Of a stretch of 64,000 bases of DNA, positions 28,911-37,849 are shown piece by piece. The translations under genes and the position numbers were made by a program. The stretch spans positions 209,777 through 273,776 of the forward strand of contig JAFGCJ010000002.1 in NCBI GenBank assembly GCA_016932785.1, written 5' to 3'. The notes beneath the pieces were generated by a model. The model saw nothing but the letters and a program-made list of their open reading frames with translations, did no database searches and was not told the origin of the DNA. The stretch comes from Candidatus Dojkabacteria bacterium (GTDB lineage: Bacteria; Patescibacteriota; Dojkabacteria; SC72; JAFGCJ01). Positions within the stretch are counted from its first letter, which is position 1, and every line of letters begins with the position of its first letter.

Positions 28911-30699
28911 TCTGATCTTTTACATCCTCCAACGCAATAAGACTTTGAGAACCTTTTTTCATATCCTTCAACTGAACTTTGTTCTCCTTCAGCTCATCCG
29001 GTCCCACAACTACTACCCAAGGTATACCGGTCTTATTCGCATATCCAAACTGGCTTTTTAATGAAGTTACATCAGGGTAAAGCATGGCTGAGATATTCTG
29101 TTTCCTAAGATAATCAGCAATCCTCAGAGAGTCCTTCCATAAATTTTTATCAAAAATAGTCACCAAGACTTCAGCCTCGGGTTTACTGAAGTCTTTCATC
29201 TTTCTATCTCGCATTATGTCGCAAATTCTCTCAATACCAAACGAACCCCCTGTTGCAGGAATATCACGCCCGATATATCGGCTGATCGCTTCATCATATC
29301 GTCCACATCCAGCTATTGATCCGACATTTCCATCAATAATTTCGAATTCCCAGACAGGTCCGGTATAAGAAGCCAACCCACGTGCAAGAGATGGATCGAA
29401 TTCATATTTGCTTTCATCTATATCTACGGCCTCAAGATAATCTGCTATCTGGAGAATCTCATTTAGACCTTCATTTCCGATCTTAGAATCTCCTACAGCC
29501 TTTCTCATTTCTTCGATTGTCTCCCTGTAACTCTTGTTCTTGTACCTTTCAATATTTGTTATATCAAGGGTTTCTTCAGCCACATCCCTACTAATTCCAC
29601 GAACCTCTACCATTTCGTCAATAACTTCTTTTGCTCCAATCTTCTGTAACTTATCCAGAGAGACACAAAATCCATAGAATTTGTTCTTATCGACACCAAT
29701 AGAATCAGCCAAGCCTTCAAGAAATTTCCGGTTACTTATTCTCACTTTGTACTCCTTAAATCCTAAACGGTTAACAACGTCGAGCCCCATTTGCATGTGT
29801 TCAGCATCACAGATCATTGACGAACTTCCAACAGTATCCGCATCACACTGAGTAAATTCTCTGTACCGCCCTCGCTGGGTATTTTCGGCCCTCCATGTTC
29901 GCTGTATCTGGTATCTCTTATAAGGAAGCTTGATATCGCCAAGATTTTGGGCCACAGCTCGGCACATAGAGATCATAACTTCAAACTTAAGCATAACATC
30001 ACGGTCACCAGGATCTTTAAACATATAGAACTGCTTTTCCGCCTCTTCACCGCTTTGTCCCAACATCAGATCAGCATATTCGACAGCAGGCGTTTCAAGA
30101 GGTTCATAGCCATACCTTTCAAAGACATCCTCAAAAGTTCCAATTACAAACTTCCGAAGCCTCATATCAGGACCAAAGAAATCTTGAAAGCCCTTAAGTA
30201 ATCTAGGTTTTTTAACTTTTGTCTTGTTATTTTTCTCCATAGCATTTTTTGGCATTAATTCAGCTGTAATCTGAAATGTGTTCTTGCCCTTTTTCTCAAA
30301 TTTTATAATACTAAAAGTCCCATATTCTGCAATTTCCCTTGTATTCTCAACATGTGGACCAATGCAAGCCTGTGTATTCACATCCCCAATAATGGTAAGA
30401 GTTATCTCATTTGCGCTTTCAGGCACAAGCGAGATATCTATTTTCCTTCTTTTGGCTTCCTCCCTATCTATCTTAACAAATTCTACAGGTATATTTCTAG
30501 CGGTAATAGCATTTACCTTATCCTCAATATATTCCTTCGTCATATAGCTAGGCATTTTTTCAACTTTGAAAGGAAATCTCACTTTATCATCAGAAATTTT
30601 CAATCCATATATAGAAATCCTTCCACAGTTCTTTTCAAGAATACCTGAAAGTATATGATCACAGGTATGCAATCTTTTAAAAGTGCTGTCTTTAGACAT
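28894..30699 (-). CDS. hisS: histidine--tRNA ligase with an N-terminal AlaX-like (tRNA_SAD) domain
   Basis: HisRS blocks WRAENTQRGRYREFTQCDAD and GCGRYD, plus a C-terminal anticodon-binding domain. The N-terminal ~165 aa carry HTCDH and CIGPH, the HxxxH and CxxxH zinc motifs of AlaX/editing domains. I chose the ATG at 30699. The GTG at 30813 lies inside predicted RNA helices. Confidence 0.85.
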   Translation of the reverse strand: MSKDSTFKRLHTCDHILSGILEKNCGRISIYGLKISDDKVRFPFKVEKMPSYMTKEYIEDKVNAITARNIPVEFVKIDREEAKRRKIDISLVPESANEITLTIIGDVNTQACIGPHVENTREIAEYGTFSIIKFEKKGKNTFQITAELMPKNAMEKNNKTKVKKPRLLKGFQDFFGPDMRLRKFVIGTFEDVFERYGYEPLETPAVEYADLMLGQSGEEAEKQFYMFKDPGDRDVMLKFEVMISMCRAVAQNLGDIKLPYKRYQIQRTWRAENTQRGRYREFTQCDADTVGSSSMICDAEHMQMGLDVVNRLGFKEYKVRISNRKFLEGLADSIGVDKNKFYGFCVSLDKLQKIGAKEVIDEMVEVRGISRDVAEETLDITNIERYKNKSYRETIEEMRKAVGDSKIGNEGLNEILQIADYLEAVDIDESKYEFDPSLARGLASYTGPVWEFEIIDGNVGSIAGCGRYDEAISRYIGRDIPATGGSFGIERICDIMRDRKMKDFSKPEAEVLVTIFDKNLWKDSLRIADYLRKQNISAMLYPDVTSLKSQFGYANKTGIPWVVVVGPDELKENKVQLKDMKKGSQSLIALEDVKDQIKTDE

Positions 30700-31041
30700 T
30701 TTTGTGTTGTGCTTTAATTTATTTCCGAAATACTCTAAAATCGGGTTAAGCTCGCAGCCGGTACATTCGAGTAGATAAGGAAAAAATACGTAAGTAGTTT
30801 TTCTATTTCTCACTTAAGCGGCTGCGAGCTTCGTTATTGTAGAGGTGGGAACCCCCGAAGGGGCTCCCTTTTTCTTTGTGAGCAAGGCTCCGATTAGGTA
30901 TGATCGCCGATACGGAACATTCTCAACACCTCCCCTCAATATATTTTGGGCTTCTCAAAGTTACAGTGAGAGCCACTTAATGGAAACACGATTTTGCATC
31001 CACTAAGGGACTCTCATCCTCCAAACTTGATCAAAGAGCCA
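30700..31041 (-). ncRNA. candidate structured leader or ncRNA between tRNA-His and hisS (identity unknown)
   Basis: Three helices stand out. One is a 16-position hairpin at 30968-31015. One is a 9-bp helix capped by UUCG at 30847-30868. One is a 13-bp perfect long-range inverted repeat, 30748-30760 with 30819-31831 read as 30819-30831. In the first two, the non-Watson-Crick positions are G-U on the minus strand but A-C on the plus strand. Confidence 0.35.
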
Positions 31042-31118
31042 TGGGGTGGAAGGTGGGAGTTGAACCCACAACAACCTGTACCACAAACAGGCGCTCTGCC
31101 AATTAAGCTACTTCCACC
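31042..31118 (-). tRNA. tRNA-His (anticodon GTG), with encoded G-1, C73 and CCA
   Basis: Manual cloverleaf: G-1 then GTGGAAG/CTTCCAC acceptor, anticodon arm CCTGT-TTGTGGT-ACAGG, T arm GTGGG-TTCAACT-CCCAC, and a C-CCA end. Confidence 0.9.
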
Positions 31119-31355
31119 ACATCGCTGCAGAAAACAGCTGTCTTCAACCAACAGGCCTACGCTCCTGCAACGCGATTCTTCACAATTTCTACTATTTATT
31201 TTTCTTTGCTTGGATAGGTTTTTTAACTGATCCAACATCTGCTCTATAAAGTCAAAATGCTTTTAGCAGCCGATCTAGCTGACCACAATAAATTGCAGTC
31301 GCCTATACAAGCAAAAAGGCCATGTTACTGACCTATGAAATCTTATTAAAATGGG

Positions 31356-31393
31356 AATAAAATCGTCACAGACCAGCAAAATAGCGGTTGTGA
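31356..31393 (-). terminator. terminator-like hairpin with U-tract overlapping the end of a mini-ORF
   Basis: On the minus strand UCACAACCGC pairs with GC(U)GGU(C)UGUGA. That gives 10 bp with two 1-nt bulges and a 6-nt loop, followed by CGAUUUUAUU. Confidence 0.35.
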
Positions 31394-31437
31394 CTGTGAT
31401 GGGCCTTAACTTTCATACTTTCCATTTTTCCTTTCAT
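31366..31437 (-). CDS. 23-codon mini-ORF MKGKMESMKVKAHHSHNRYFAGL (possible leader peptide)
   Basis: It starts about 3 nt after the predicted TSS. An internal ATG is preceded by AGGA. Three His codons lie at 31390-31401. Too short for the ORF track. Very uncertain. Confidence 0.25.
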   Translation of the reverse strand: MKGKMESMKVKAHHSHNRYFAGL

Positions 31438-31446
31438 AACAGCTAT

Positions 31447-31475
31447 ATTATACCATTTTAGGCCATTTTTGTCAA
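31447..31475 (-). promoter_or_regulatory. consensus sigma70-type promoter (TTGACA-17 nt-TATAAT with TGG immediately upstream of -10)
   Basis: The minus strand reads TTGACAaaaatggcctaaaatggTATAAT. It lies 10 nt after the stop of the upstream gene and about 320 nt upstream of tRNA-His. Confidence 0.6.
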
Positions 31476-31484
31476 AAAAGAATG

Positions 31485-32522
31485 CTAGAGACTTCTCTTA
31501 GTAGCCTCCGCTGCGCAAGCTAAGGCTCTTTCCATATCTGTCACGACACTTGGATGATTCAGTGCGAAAAGATACGTCTGTCTTAAACCAAGTTTCTCTC
31601 CTCTGGGGCTAATAACACCCTGCCTCATCAAGACACGAAGATCTTCCAATAAATCCGTATAAGATAGATGACCGGGCATCTTTCCAGCGCACAGATCACG
31701 ACCAGGTTCTTGATTCTTAATACCACTATAAATACCCAACGCAGGAATTGTTCTCCTATTTCTCATCAGTCCCAAAATAAGCGGCTGTAATATTCTTGGG
31801 GCAGTGGATGTATAGAGCATTTCCACGGTCCTATCAGATTCTATTCTTAGTTGATTAAAGAGAAACTCCCCTACTCCAGTCATAACATAGGTCTCAGTAG
31901 TAATTCCTCTTTCACGTAAAAGCCATAATAGGGTATCCATATTGCGTTGAGGATCTCCGTATTTTTGTCTTTCATTTATTTTCGCCTTTCTATATGCCTC
32001 AAGTGCGATGAAATAATCCCAGATAGTAGACGGACACCTCGGATTTATCTGGTTAAATGCGCGACTGAGACTAATTGGAATTTCTGAATCAAAACCTAAT
32101 CCTGCCAGCCGGATATTATATCTCTCCGTCTTACGAAAAATATTTTCTACCACTCGACGCGTTTCTTCCACGTTTGCAGCGTTAGTCCAATAACCAAGGT
32201 TATCTGGTAAAACGACCCATCCAATGACAGGAACATTGGATTCATTAAGTATTCGAATTGCAGCAGCAGTATCCTCATCGATATCGGATAGCGCAAGGGA
32301 TATTCCATTCCCTCCATTTGCAAGATGGTCTACAAGCCTAGGAGAAAACTCCTCACTTGTCATAGGCTGAGTAATGAGACTTGTCAGCATTTTTCCACGT
32401 TGATCAGGCCGTACAATCTCAACAGGAAGTTCTACATAATAAACCACATTGACACCTGGAGGGCTTTCTTTTTCGTGTTCGGCTACTCCAACCATTTGTT
32501 CTGGACTACAATTTTCCCCCAT
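31485..32522 (-). CDS. hypothetical protein (345 aa)
   Basis: Long ORF with no recognised motif. Confidence 0.55.
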   Translation of the reverse strand: MGENCSPEQMVGVAEHEKESPPGVNVVYYVELPVEIVRPDQRGKMLTSLITQPMTSEEFSPRLVDHLANGGNGISLALSDIDEDTAAAIRILNESNVPVIGWVVLPDNLGYWTNAANVEETRRVVENIFRKTERYNIRLAGLGFDSEIPISLSRAFNQINPRCPSTIWDYFIALEAYRKAKINERQKYGDPQRNMDTLLWLLRERGITTETYVMTGVGEFLFNQLRIESDRTVEMLYTSTAPRILQPLILGLMRNRRTIPALGIYSGIKNQEPGRDLCAGKMPGHLSYTDLLEDLRVLMRQGVISPRGEKLGLRQTYLFALNHPSVVTDMERALACAAEATKRSL

Positions 32523-32618
32523 ACCAATAATTATACTATAGGACTCGCGCTAAAGGAAATATTATGATCTCCTCTCACACGAGTCCCTTTCCAAACATAT
32601 TTAACTATAGAATCCAGC

Positions 32619-33773
32619 CTACTTCTTCTTAGATTTCGGCGCAGCCTTCTTTGCAGTCGATCTCCTACCCTTTTTCAACAAATCCATCTTATTTCTTATC
32701 ACTGCACCAAGAACTACAAGGAACAATATATATCCGTAAAGAAGGTTAACACAGGGAATCCATCCTATTACCAAGCTCAGAACACGACCTGCAAGCAAGG
32801 AAATATAGTAGCTGTCATCTTTAACACCAACAAGCTTTACTATACTTCTACCTACGGCCATATCAGCCCAGAGTACTCCAATCCATGCAACAAAAGCTAG
32901 AAATCCTATGATAAGACCACCTAACGGCATCCCAATAAGCGTAATAATCAATACTATCGAACCGACTCCGAGCACTATTGAACCAAGGAATCCGTACAAA
33001 AGACTCATGAAGAACTCGCTCCAGCTTGCAGAAATCTTCTCGACCATAATCTTAGTTTTAACAGGAGCCAACCATATAAGAACAGCGCCCACAACGAACA
33101 TTCCTACCCAGACTGCTGCGTTAGCAATAATGTTGAAGGTAGAAGACGCTCTACCAAATCCCTCCACCTCCCTCTTTGTACTCTTGGTGGTCTTTTCCAT
33201 ATCAACGTTCTTCTCAACATCGCCTGCGACTTTGTCTTCATCGATCTTCACATCTCCACCAGAAACAATAGCATCGCCTCTAACCTCAGACTTTATATCC
33301 AAACTCCCACCTGCAGCTCGAAGATCATCCCCAACAAAACCATCAACCGAGACCTGTCCCCCGCAGGCTACAACATCCTCAAACACGCTTGCGTCAGAAA
33401 GAATTCTTACCTGACCTCCAAACGAAATAATGCTCCTTCCGACTATACCGGATATTTCGACTTGCCCTCCAGCAGCATATATTGACCCATCAATATTTCC
33501 AGAGACTGAAACCATTCCCCCGGTCACATAGAGATCTCCCATAACATTACCGGATACTTCAACGTTACCACCGGAAGCTATGAGATCACCAACAACGATA
33601 CCTTCTACTTCGACCTCGTCACTGAATATGTAGAGATCGTCGTCTATAGTCTCATCCTCTCCAATAGTTCCATCCTCGGTACGAATGTCAGCAGCATATG
33701 CTGAGAAAGGCATTAGCATAGCCAACATACCAAAAACCATTGAGAGCAACATTACTTTTTTTGCTCGCTTCAT
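32619..33773 (-). CDS. membrane protein with bactofilin-like (polymer-forming beta-helix) repeats
   Basis: Signal peptide, then repeated (G)D.....GG.V.V.G units, then about 4 C-terminal TM segments and a basic tail. Confidence 0.6.
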   Translation of the reverse strand: MKRAKKVMLLSMVFGMLAMLMPFSAYAADIRTEDGTIGEDETIDDDLYIFSDEVEVEGIVVGDLIASGGNVEVSGNVMGDLYVTGGMVSVSGNIDGSIYAAGGQVEISGIVGRSIISFGGQVRILSDASVFEDVVACGGQVSVDGFVGDDLRAAGGSLDIKSEVRGDAIVSGGDVKIDEDKVAGDVEKNVDMEKTTKSTKREVEGFGRASSTFNIIANAAVWVGMFVVGAVLIWLAPVKTKIMVEKISASWSEFFMSLLYGFLGSIVLGVGSIVLIITLIGMPLGGLIIGFLAFVAWIGVLWADMAVGRSIVKLVGVKDDSYYISLLAGRVLSLVIGWIPCVNLLYGYILFLVVLGAVIRNKMDLLKKGRRSTAKKAAPKSKKK

Positions 33774-33985
33774 TATAAATATTAAATAAAAAATTAGTTA
33801 TATAACTATACTTGTGAAATCTTAAGGGATAAATACAGCTTGCTGACCAAAATCTTCATAGACCATACATCATAAATATCGGGCAGATTTACATTTCTAT
33901 ACTATCAATCTACTTGAAAAAAGCAGCGGTGTCAATAAAAAACACAATACCACAGAGGACACAATCATCAGCCGGAAGTTAATGG

Positions 33986-36583
33986 TTATTTGGTAGAAGT
34001 AAATTTTATCTTGCCTTTATCAACAGAAACCTTTATCTTATCGCTTTCCTTGAATTTTCCCTGGAGCATGAGCGAACTCAGCTCGTTCTCTATCTCACGT
34101 TGTATAGCCCTCTTCATAGGACGTGCCCCAAACTCCGGCTCATAGCCAATCTCAGCAATTTTATTCACCACATCATCTCCAAACTCGATTTCCATACCCT
34201 GGGCTTTTACCAGCTGACGAACATGACCTAGAAGGAGCTTTGATATTTCCTCAAGCTGCTTTCGGTCGAGGGCATGAAAAACGATAATATCATCAAGCCT
34301 ATTAAGAAATTCAGGTCTAAACTGCTTTTTCAGATCTTCCATCAATTTAACTTCAAGTTCCTCCCATTCACCAACCTTCTTAACCTTTTTATTAATGTAA
34401 TCAAGAATCATATCAGCCCCAAAGTTACTGGTCGCAATAATCACGGTATTCTTAAAATCAACAGTTTTACCTTTTGCATCAGTGAGCCTCCCATCATCCA
34501 AGATCTGGAGGAGAATATTGAAGACATCGTTATGAGCCTTTTCAATCTCATCAAGAAGAATGACAGAATATGGCTGTCTCCTGACTCGCTCAGTAAGTTG
34601 GCCTCCCTCTTCATATCCGACATACCCCGGTGGAGAGCCAATTAGCTTAGACACAGCATGTCGTTCCATATACTCACTCATATCAAGCCTGACAATAGAA
34701 TCCTCATCACCAAATATAAATTCCGCTAACGCTTTTGCCAGCTCTGTCTTCCCAACACCTGTTGGTCCCATAAACAAGAAAGATGCGATTGGCCTGTTTG
34801 GATCTTTCAAGCCTACTCTTGCCCTCCTTACAGCTTCCGAAACAGCTTTAACAGCTTGATCCTGGCCAACAACTCTTTCATGTAGAGAATCTTCAAGTTT
34901 GAGGAGTCTATCTTTTTCTTCCTCTTTCAGCTCAGTTACAGGCACTCCGGTAATCCTCGAGATAACCTCGGCTACATCTTCAACCCCGACAGTACAGGTA
35001 CCAGTACCTTTTTTCTTATTCCATTCGTCTTCAAGTGGTTCAAGCTCTTCCTTCTTAACTTTCTCAAGATCCTGCTTCACATTTGCGCTATCTTCATGTT
35101 TCCCTGCTCTACTTAGTGACTCTCTTTCCTTCTCCATCTGTTTCACTTTCTCTTTGACCTCATGAAGTTCCGACGGTTCGGAAGTAGTCTCCAGCTTGAG
35201 CTTACTGCACGACTCGTCGATTATATCTATTGCTTTGTCTGGAAGAAATCGGTCCTTAATATACCTATCTGAAAGATTAGCAGCAGCTACAATTGCGTCA
35301 TCAGAAATTTTAACCTTGTGATGCGCCTCATATCGATCCCTCACCCCCCGAAGTATATCTATCGTCTGGTCAACAGTAGGCTCGTCCACAAGAACAGGTT
35401 GAAACCTTCTCTCCAAAGCAGCATCTTTTTCTATATATTTTTTATATTCAGAAAGCGTTGTAGCTCCAATAGCCTGAAGATCACCACGTGCAAGAGCCGG
35501 TTTAATCATGTTAGATAAATCCATCTGTCCCTCCTGAGCACCGGAACCAACAACGGTATGCAGCTCATCGATAAAAAGAATCACATCTCTAGATGACTTT
35601 TCTAACTCATTGAGAATCTTCTTCGCCCTTTCCTCAAATTCTCCTCTAAATTTAGAACCAGCAAGAAGTCCTGCTACATCAAGCTCTTTAACTTTCTTAC
35701 CTTTGAGAACATCAGGAACATCCTCAGTAACTATCCTATGTGCCAGGCCTTCTGCAATAGCTGTCTTACCAACTCCAGGCTCACCAATAAGCACCGGGTT
35801 GTTCTTTTTCCGCCTTGCAAGTATTTGAACAACACGAGCTATTTCATCCATTCTTCCTATGACCGGATCGATTTTCCCGTTCCTGGCAAGTTCGGTCAGG
35901 TCACGAGAAAATTTATCCAGGTTTGGGGTTTCAGATTTTTTCTTCACCTTTTCGCCAGCCTCATCACCTTCGCCAACAATATTTACCACCGCCTGTCTTG
36001 CTCTTGTATATGAAATTCCATACTTTTTGAAAGCCTGCGCAGCAAGACCTTCACCTTCTTTTATCAGCCCTAGAAGGATATGTTCTGAACCTACATAGCT
36101 GTGACCAAGATCCAGGGCTTCCTGAAATGCTAACTGCAAAACCTGTTTAGCACGAGGAGTTAGTCCTGGAGTTTCGACTTCAGAGCTACCATCCACTATC
36201 TGCTCATTTATATATTCAACGACTCCTGTCTTATCAAGACCAAGCTCTTTGAGAATTCTCTCTACAACCTCATCCTCCTTAAGAATACCGAGGAGGAGGT
36301 GCTCAGTATCTATATTCTGTACTTTGTGAGAAATCGCTTCACTGGCAGCTTCCTGTATCGATTTTTTAACTCTTTCAGAGAAATACTCGGTAATATCTGT
36401 TTTCTGCTGCGAAACAGGTTCGTCATAACCACCACTTGAGAAAAATCCCTCCGATGGCGAAGAAAACCCAGAAGAATATTCAGCTGCACACTGACCACAT
36501 ATATGTTCTGTGGTCTTTTTGCCTCCTGAAATTCTTGTAATTGTTGTTGTAGCAGGCCTTTGCCCGCAATTTTCACATATCAT
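33986..36583 (-). CDS. clpC: ATP-dependent Clp protease ATP-binding subunit ClpC-type, with an N-terminal C4 zinc ribbon
   Basis: Clp_N repeats and two AAA+ modules (GEPGVGKTA and GPTGVGKTE). The N-terminus is [37 protein letters not shown] chose the ATG at 36583 over the GTG at 36613. Confidence 0.9.
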   Translation of the reverse strand: MICENCGQRPATTTITRISGGKKTTEHICGQCAAEYSSGFSSPSEGFFSSGGYDEPVSQQKTDITEYFSERVKKSIQEAASEAISHKVQNIDTEHLLLGILKEDEVVERILKELGLDKTGVVEYINEQIVDGSSEVETPGLTPRAKQVLQLAFQEALDLGHSYVGSEHILLGLIKEGEGLAAQAFKKYGISYTRARQAVVNIVGEGDEAGEKVKKKSETPNLDKFSRDLTELARNGKIDPVIGRMDEIARVVQILARRKKNNPVLIGEPGVGKTAIAEGLAHRIVTEDVPDVLKGKKVKELDVAGLLAGSKFRGEFEERAKKILNELEKSSRDVILFIDELHTVVGSGAQEGQMDLSNMIKPALARGDLQAIGATTLSEYKKYIEKDAALERRFQPVLVDEPTVDQTIDILRGVRDRYEAHHKVKISDDAIVAAANLSDRYIKDRFLPDKAIDIIDESCSKLKLETTSEPSELHEVKEKVKQMEKERESLSRAGKHEDSANVKQDLEKVKKEELEPLEDEWNKKKGTGTCTVGVEDVAEVISRITGVPVTELKEEEKDRLLKLEDSLHERVVGQDQAVKAVSEAVRRARVGLKDPNRPIASFLFMGPTGVGKTELAKALAEFIFGDEDSIVRLDMSEYMERHAVSKLIGSPPGYVGYEEGGQLTERVRRQPYSVILLDEIEKAHNDVFNILLQILDDGRLTDAKGKTVDFKNTVIIATSNFGADMILDYINKKVKKVGEWEELEVKLMEDLKKQFRPEFLNRLDDIIVFHALDRKQLEEISKLLLGHVRQLVKAQGMEIEFGDDVVNKIAEIGYEPEFGARPMKRAIQREIENELSSLMLQGKFKESDKIKVSVDKGKIKFTSTK

Positions 36584-36653
36584 AACCAGTTTTTGAGTAA
36601 AAAACTTAAACACTAGCAGACCAGCATTGTCGACTGCTAATTAGTTCATGATA

Positions 36654-37847
36654 TCACAAATCTATGAATGGGACAATTTCCTTTACTATCCTTTTGGCTG
36701 CATCTTCAACAAAAAGTTTGCTAACATCGACTTTTCCTGGGTCGATTGTATGATTTTCTATCTTTTCCATCATTTTTCCAATTCTTCTGACCAAAATCTC
36801 AGGGCTTAGCTCTCCCTGAGGCAGGATCTCGGCAAGCCCTAGATCTACAAGCACTTTCGCATTATGATACTGCTCGTTTTTCGTAACCCATGGTATAGGT
36901 ATCAATAAAGCTGGAGTCTTAGTTACCCCAAGTTCAGAAATGAAAAGCGCGCCACTCCTTGCACAGCATAAATCAGCCGTATCAAGATACGCCCCAAATT
37001 CGCTTCTTGCATATTTAGTTGTAATAATGCGGCTTTGATTTTCATTCGAAAGCTTCTGAATCTCACGATTGAGCCTATCAAAATCCTTATACACAAGATT
37101 ATCTCCCGTTATTACAATCAATTGATATCTACTGAGAAGGCTCTTTAGTGCAATTTGTACAGTCTTATTAATTATATTCGATCCCTGACTACCGCCGTAT
37201 ATCAGAATAACAGGATATTTCGAGGAATTTTCTTTAAAACTATCAAGACGCTCTTTGATTTTATGCGGGACATACTCCGGTTTCCATGGATTGAGAAATA
37301 TATCCCGTACAGGATTACCAACAAACCTGACTTTTTTAACATTAAAGTACCTGGACGCTGAATTAAATCCCAGCAGAATTTTTTTGGCAAAAAAAGATGA
37401 TATTTTGTTCGCAAGACCTACCCTTGTCGTTTGCTCGTGAATAATTACAGGTATAGTCTTCAGCCATGCAACAAAACAAACAGGAACAGTTACATACCCT
37501 CCCGTAGAGAATACAACAGATACATCCTCCCGACTGAGATATTTCCACGCATCCCATATTCCACCCAAAACTCCGGTCAGAAGCAGCAGCGACCGCCAGG
37601 AGAATCTTCTCTGAAGCTTTCCGCTCCTTATTTTCACAAACTTAATCTTCTTTTCCCAGCAAAGTTTCTCTTCAAGGCTCTCTTTTTCTTTTTCTCCCTC
37701 CATGGCAAGAGATCCACCAACATATACGATTCTATCGCCTGTTCCAGGATAAAGATGTTTCAGAGTCTCAATAGTATCTAACGCCGTAGTTATATGTCCT
37801 CCTGAGCCTCCCCCGGTAACCACGATTTTAGAGTTATTACTTGTCAT
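36654..37847 (-). CDS. murG: undecaprenyldiphospho-muramoylpentapeptide beta-N-acetylglucosaminyltransferase
   Basis: TGGGSGGHITTAL N-terminal motif and a GT28 two-domain layout. It is adjacent to ftsW. Confidence 0.85.
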   Translation of the reverse strand: MTSNNSKIVVTGGGSGGHITTALDTIETLKHLYPGTGDRIVYVGGSLAMEGEKEKESLEEKLCWEKKIKFVKIRSGKLQRRFSWRSLLLLTGVLGGIWDAWKYLSREDVSVVFSTGGYVTVPVCFVAWLKTIPVIIHEQTTRVGLANKISSFFAKKILLGFNSASRYFNVKKVRFVGNPVRDIFLNPWKPEYVPHKIKERLDSFKENSSKYPVILIYGGSQGSNIINKTVQIALKSLLSRYQLIVITGDNLVYKDFDRLNREIQKLSNENQSRIITTKYARSEFGAYLDTADLCCARSGALFISELGVTKTPALLIPIPWVTKNEQYHNAKVLVDLGLAEILPQGELSPEILVRRIGKMMEKIENHTIDPGKVDVSKLFVEDAAKRIVKEIVPFIDL

Positions 37848-37849
37848 TA

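Noticed and set aside
30700-30813. 38-codon N-terminal extension of hisS from the GTG at 30813
   Set aside because: The extension lies inside the perfect 13-bp long-range helix. It has no similarity to AlaX or HisRS, whereas the AlaX-like alignment starts right after the ATG at 30699.
30700-31041. T-box riboswitch, RNase P RNA, SRP RNA or tmRNA identity for the hisS upstream RNA
   Set aside because: I could not find the T-box 14-mer with a specifier-loop layout, GAGGAAAGUCC/ACAGAA of RNase P, the SRP domain IV motif, or a tRNA-like tmRNA end. It is kept only as an unclassified structured region.
30994-31238. ORFs 30994-31230 (+) and 31014-31238 (-)
   Set aside because: They are read-throughs of the tRNA-His gene and its flanks. 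The peptide WELNPQQPVPQTGALPIKL is simply antisense tRNA.
34274-36576. Cluster of short ORFs on both strands inside clpC
   Set aside because: All are nested in the motif-supported 866-aa ClpC frame. Their translations are low-complexity (Ser/Phe/Leu-rich), which is typical of off-frame reading.
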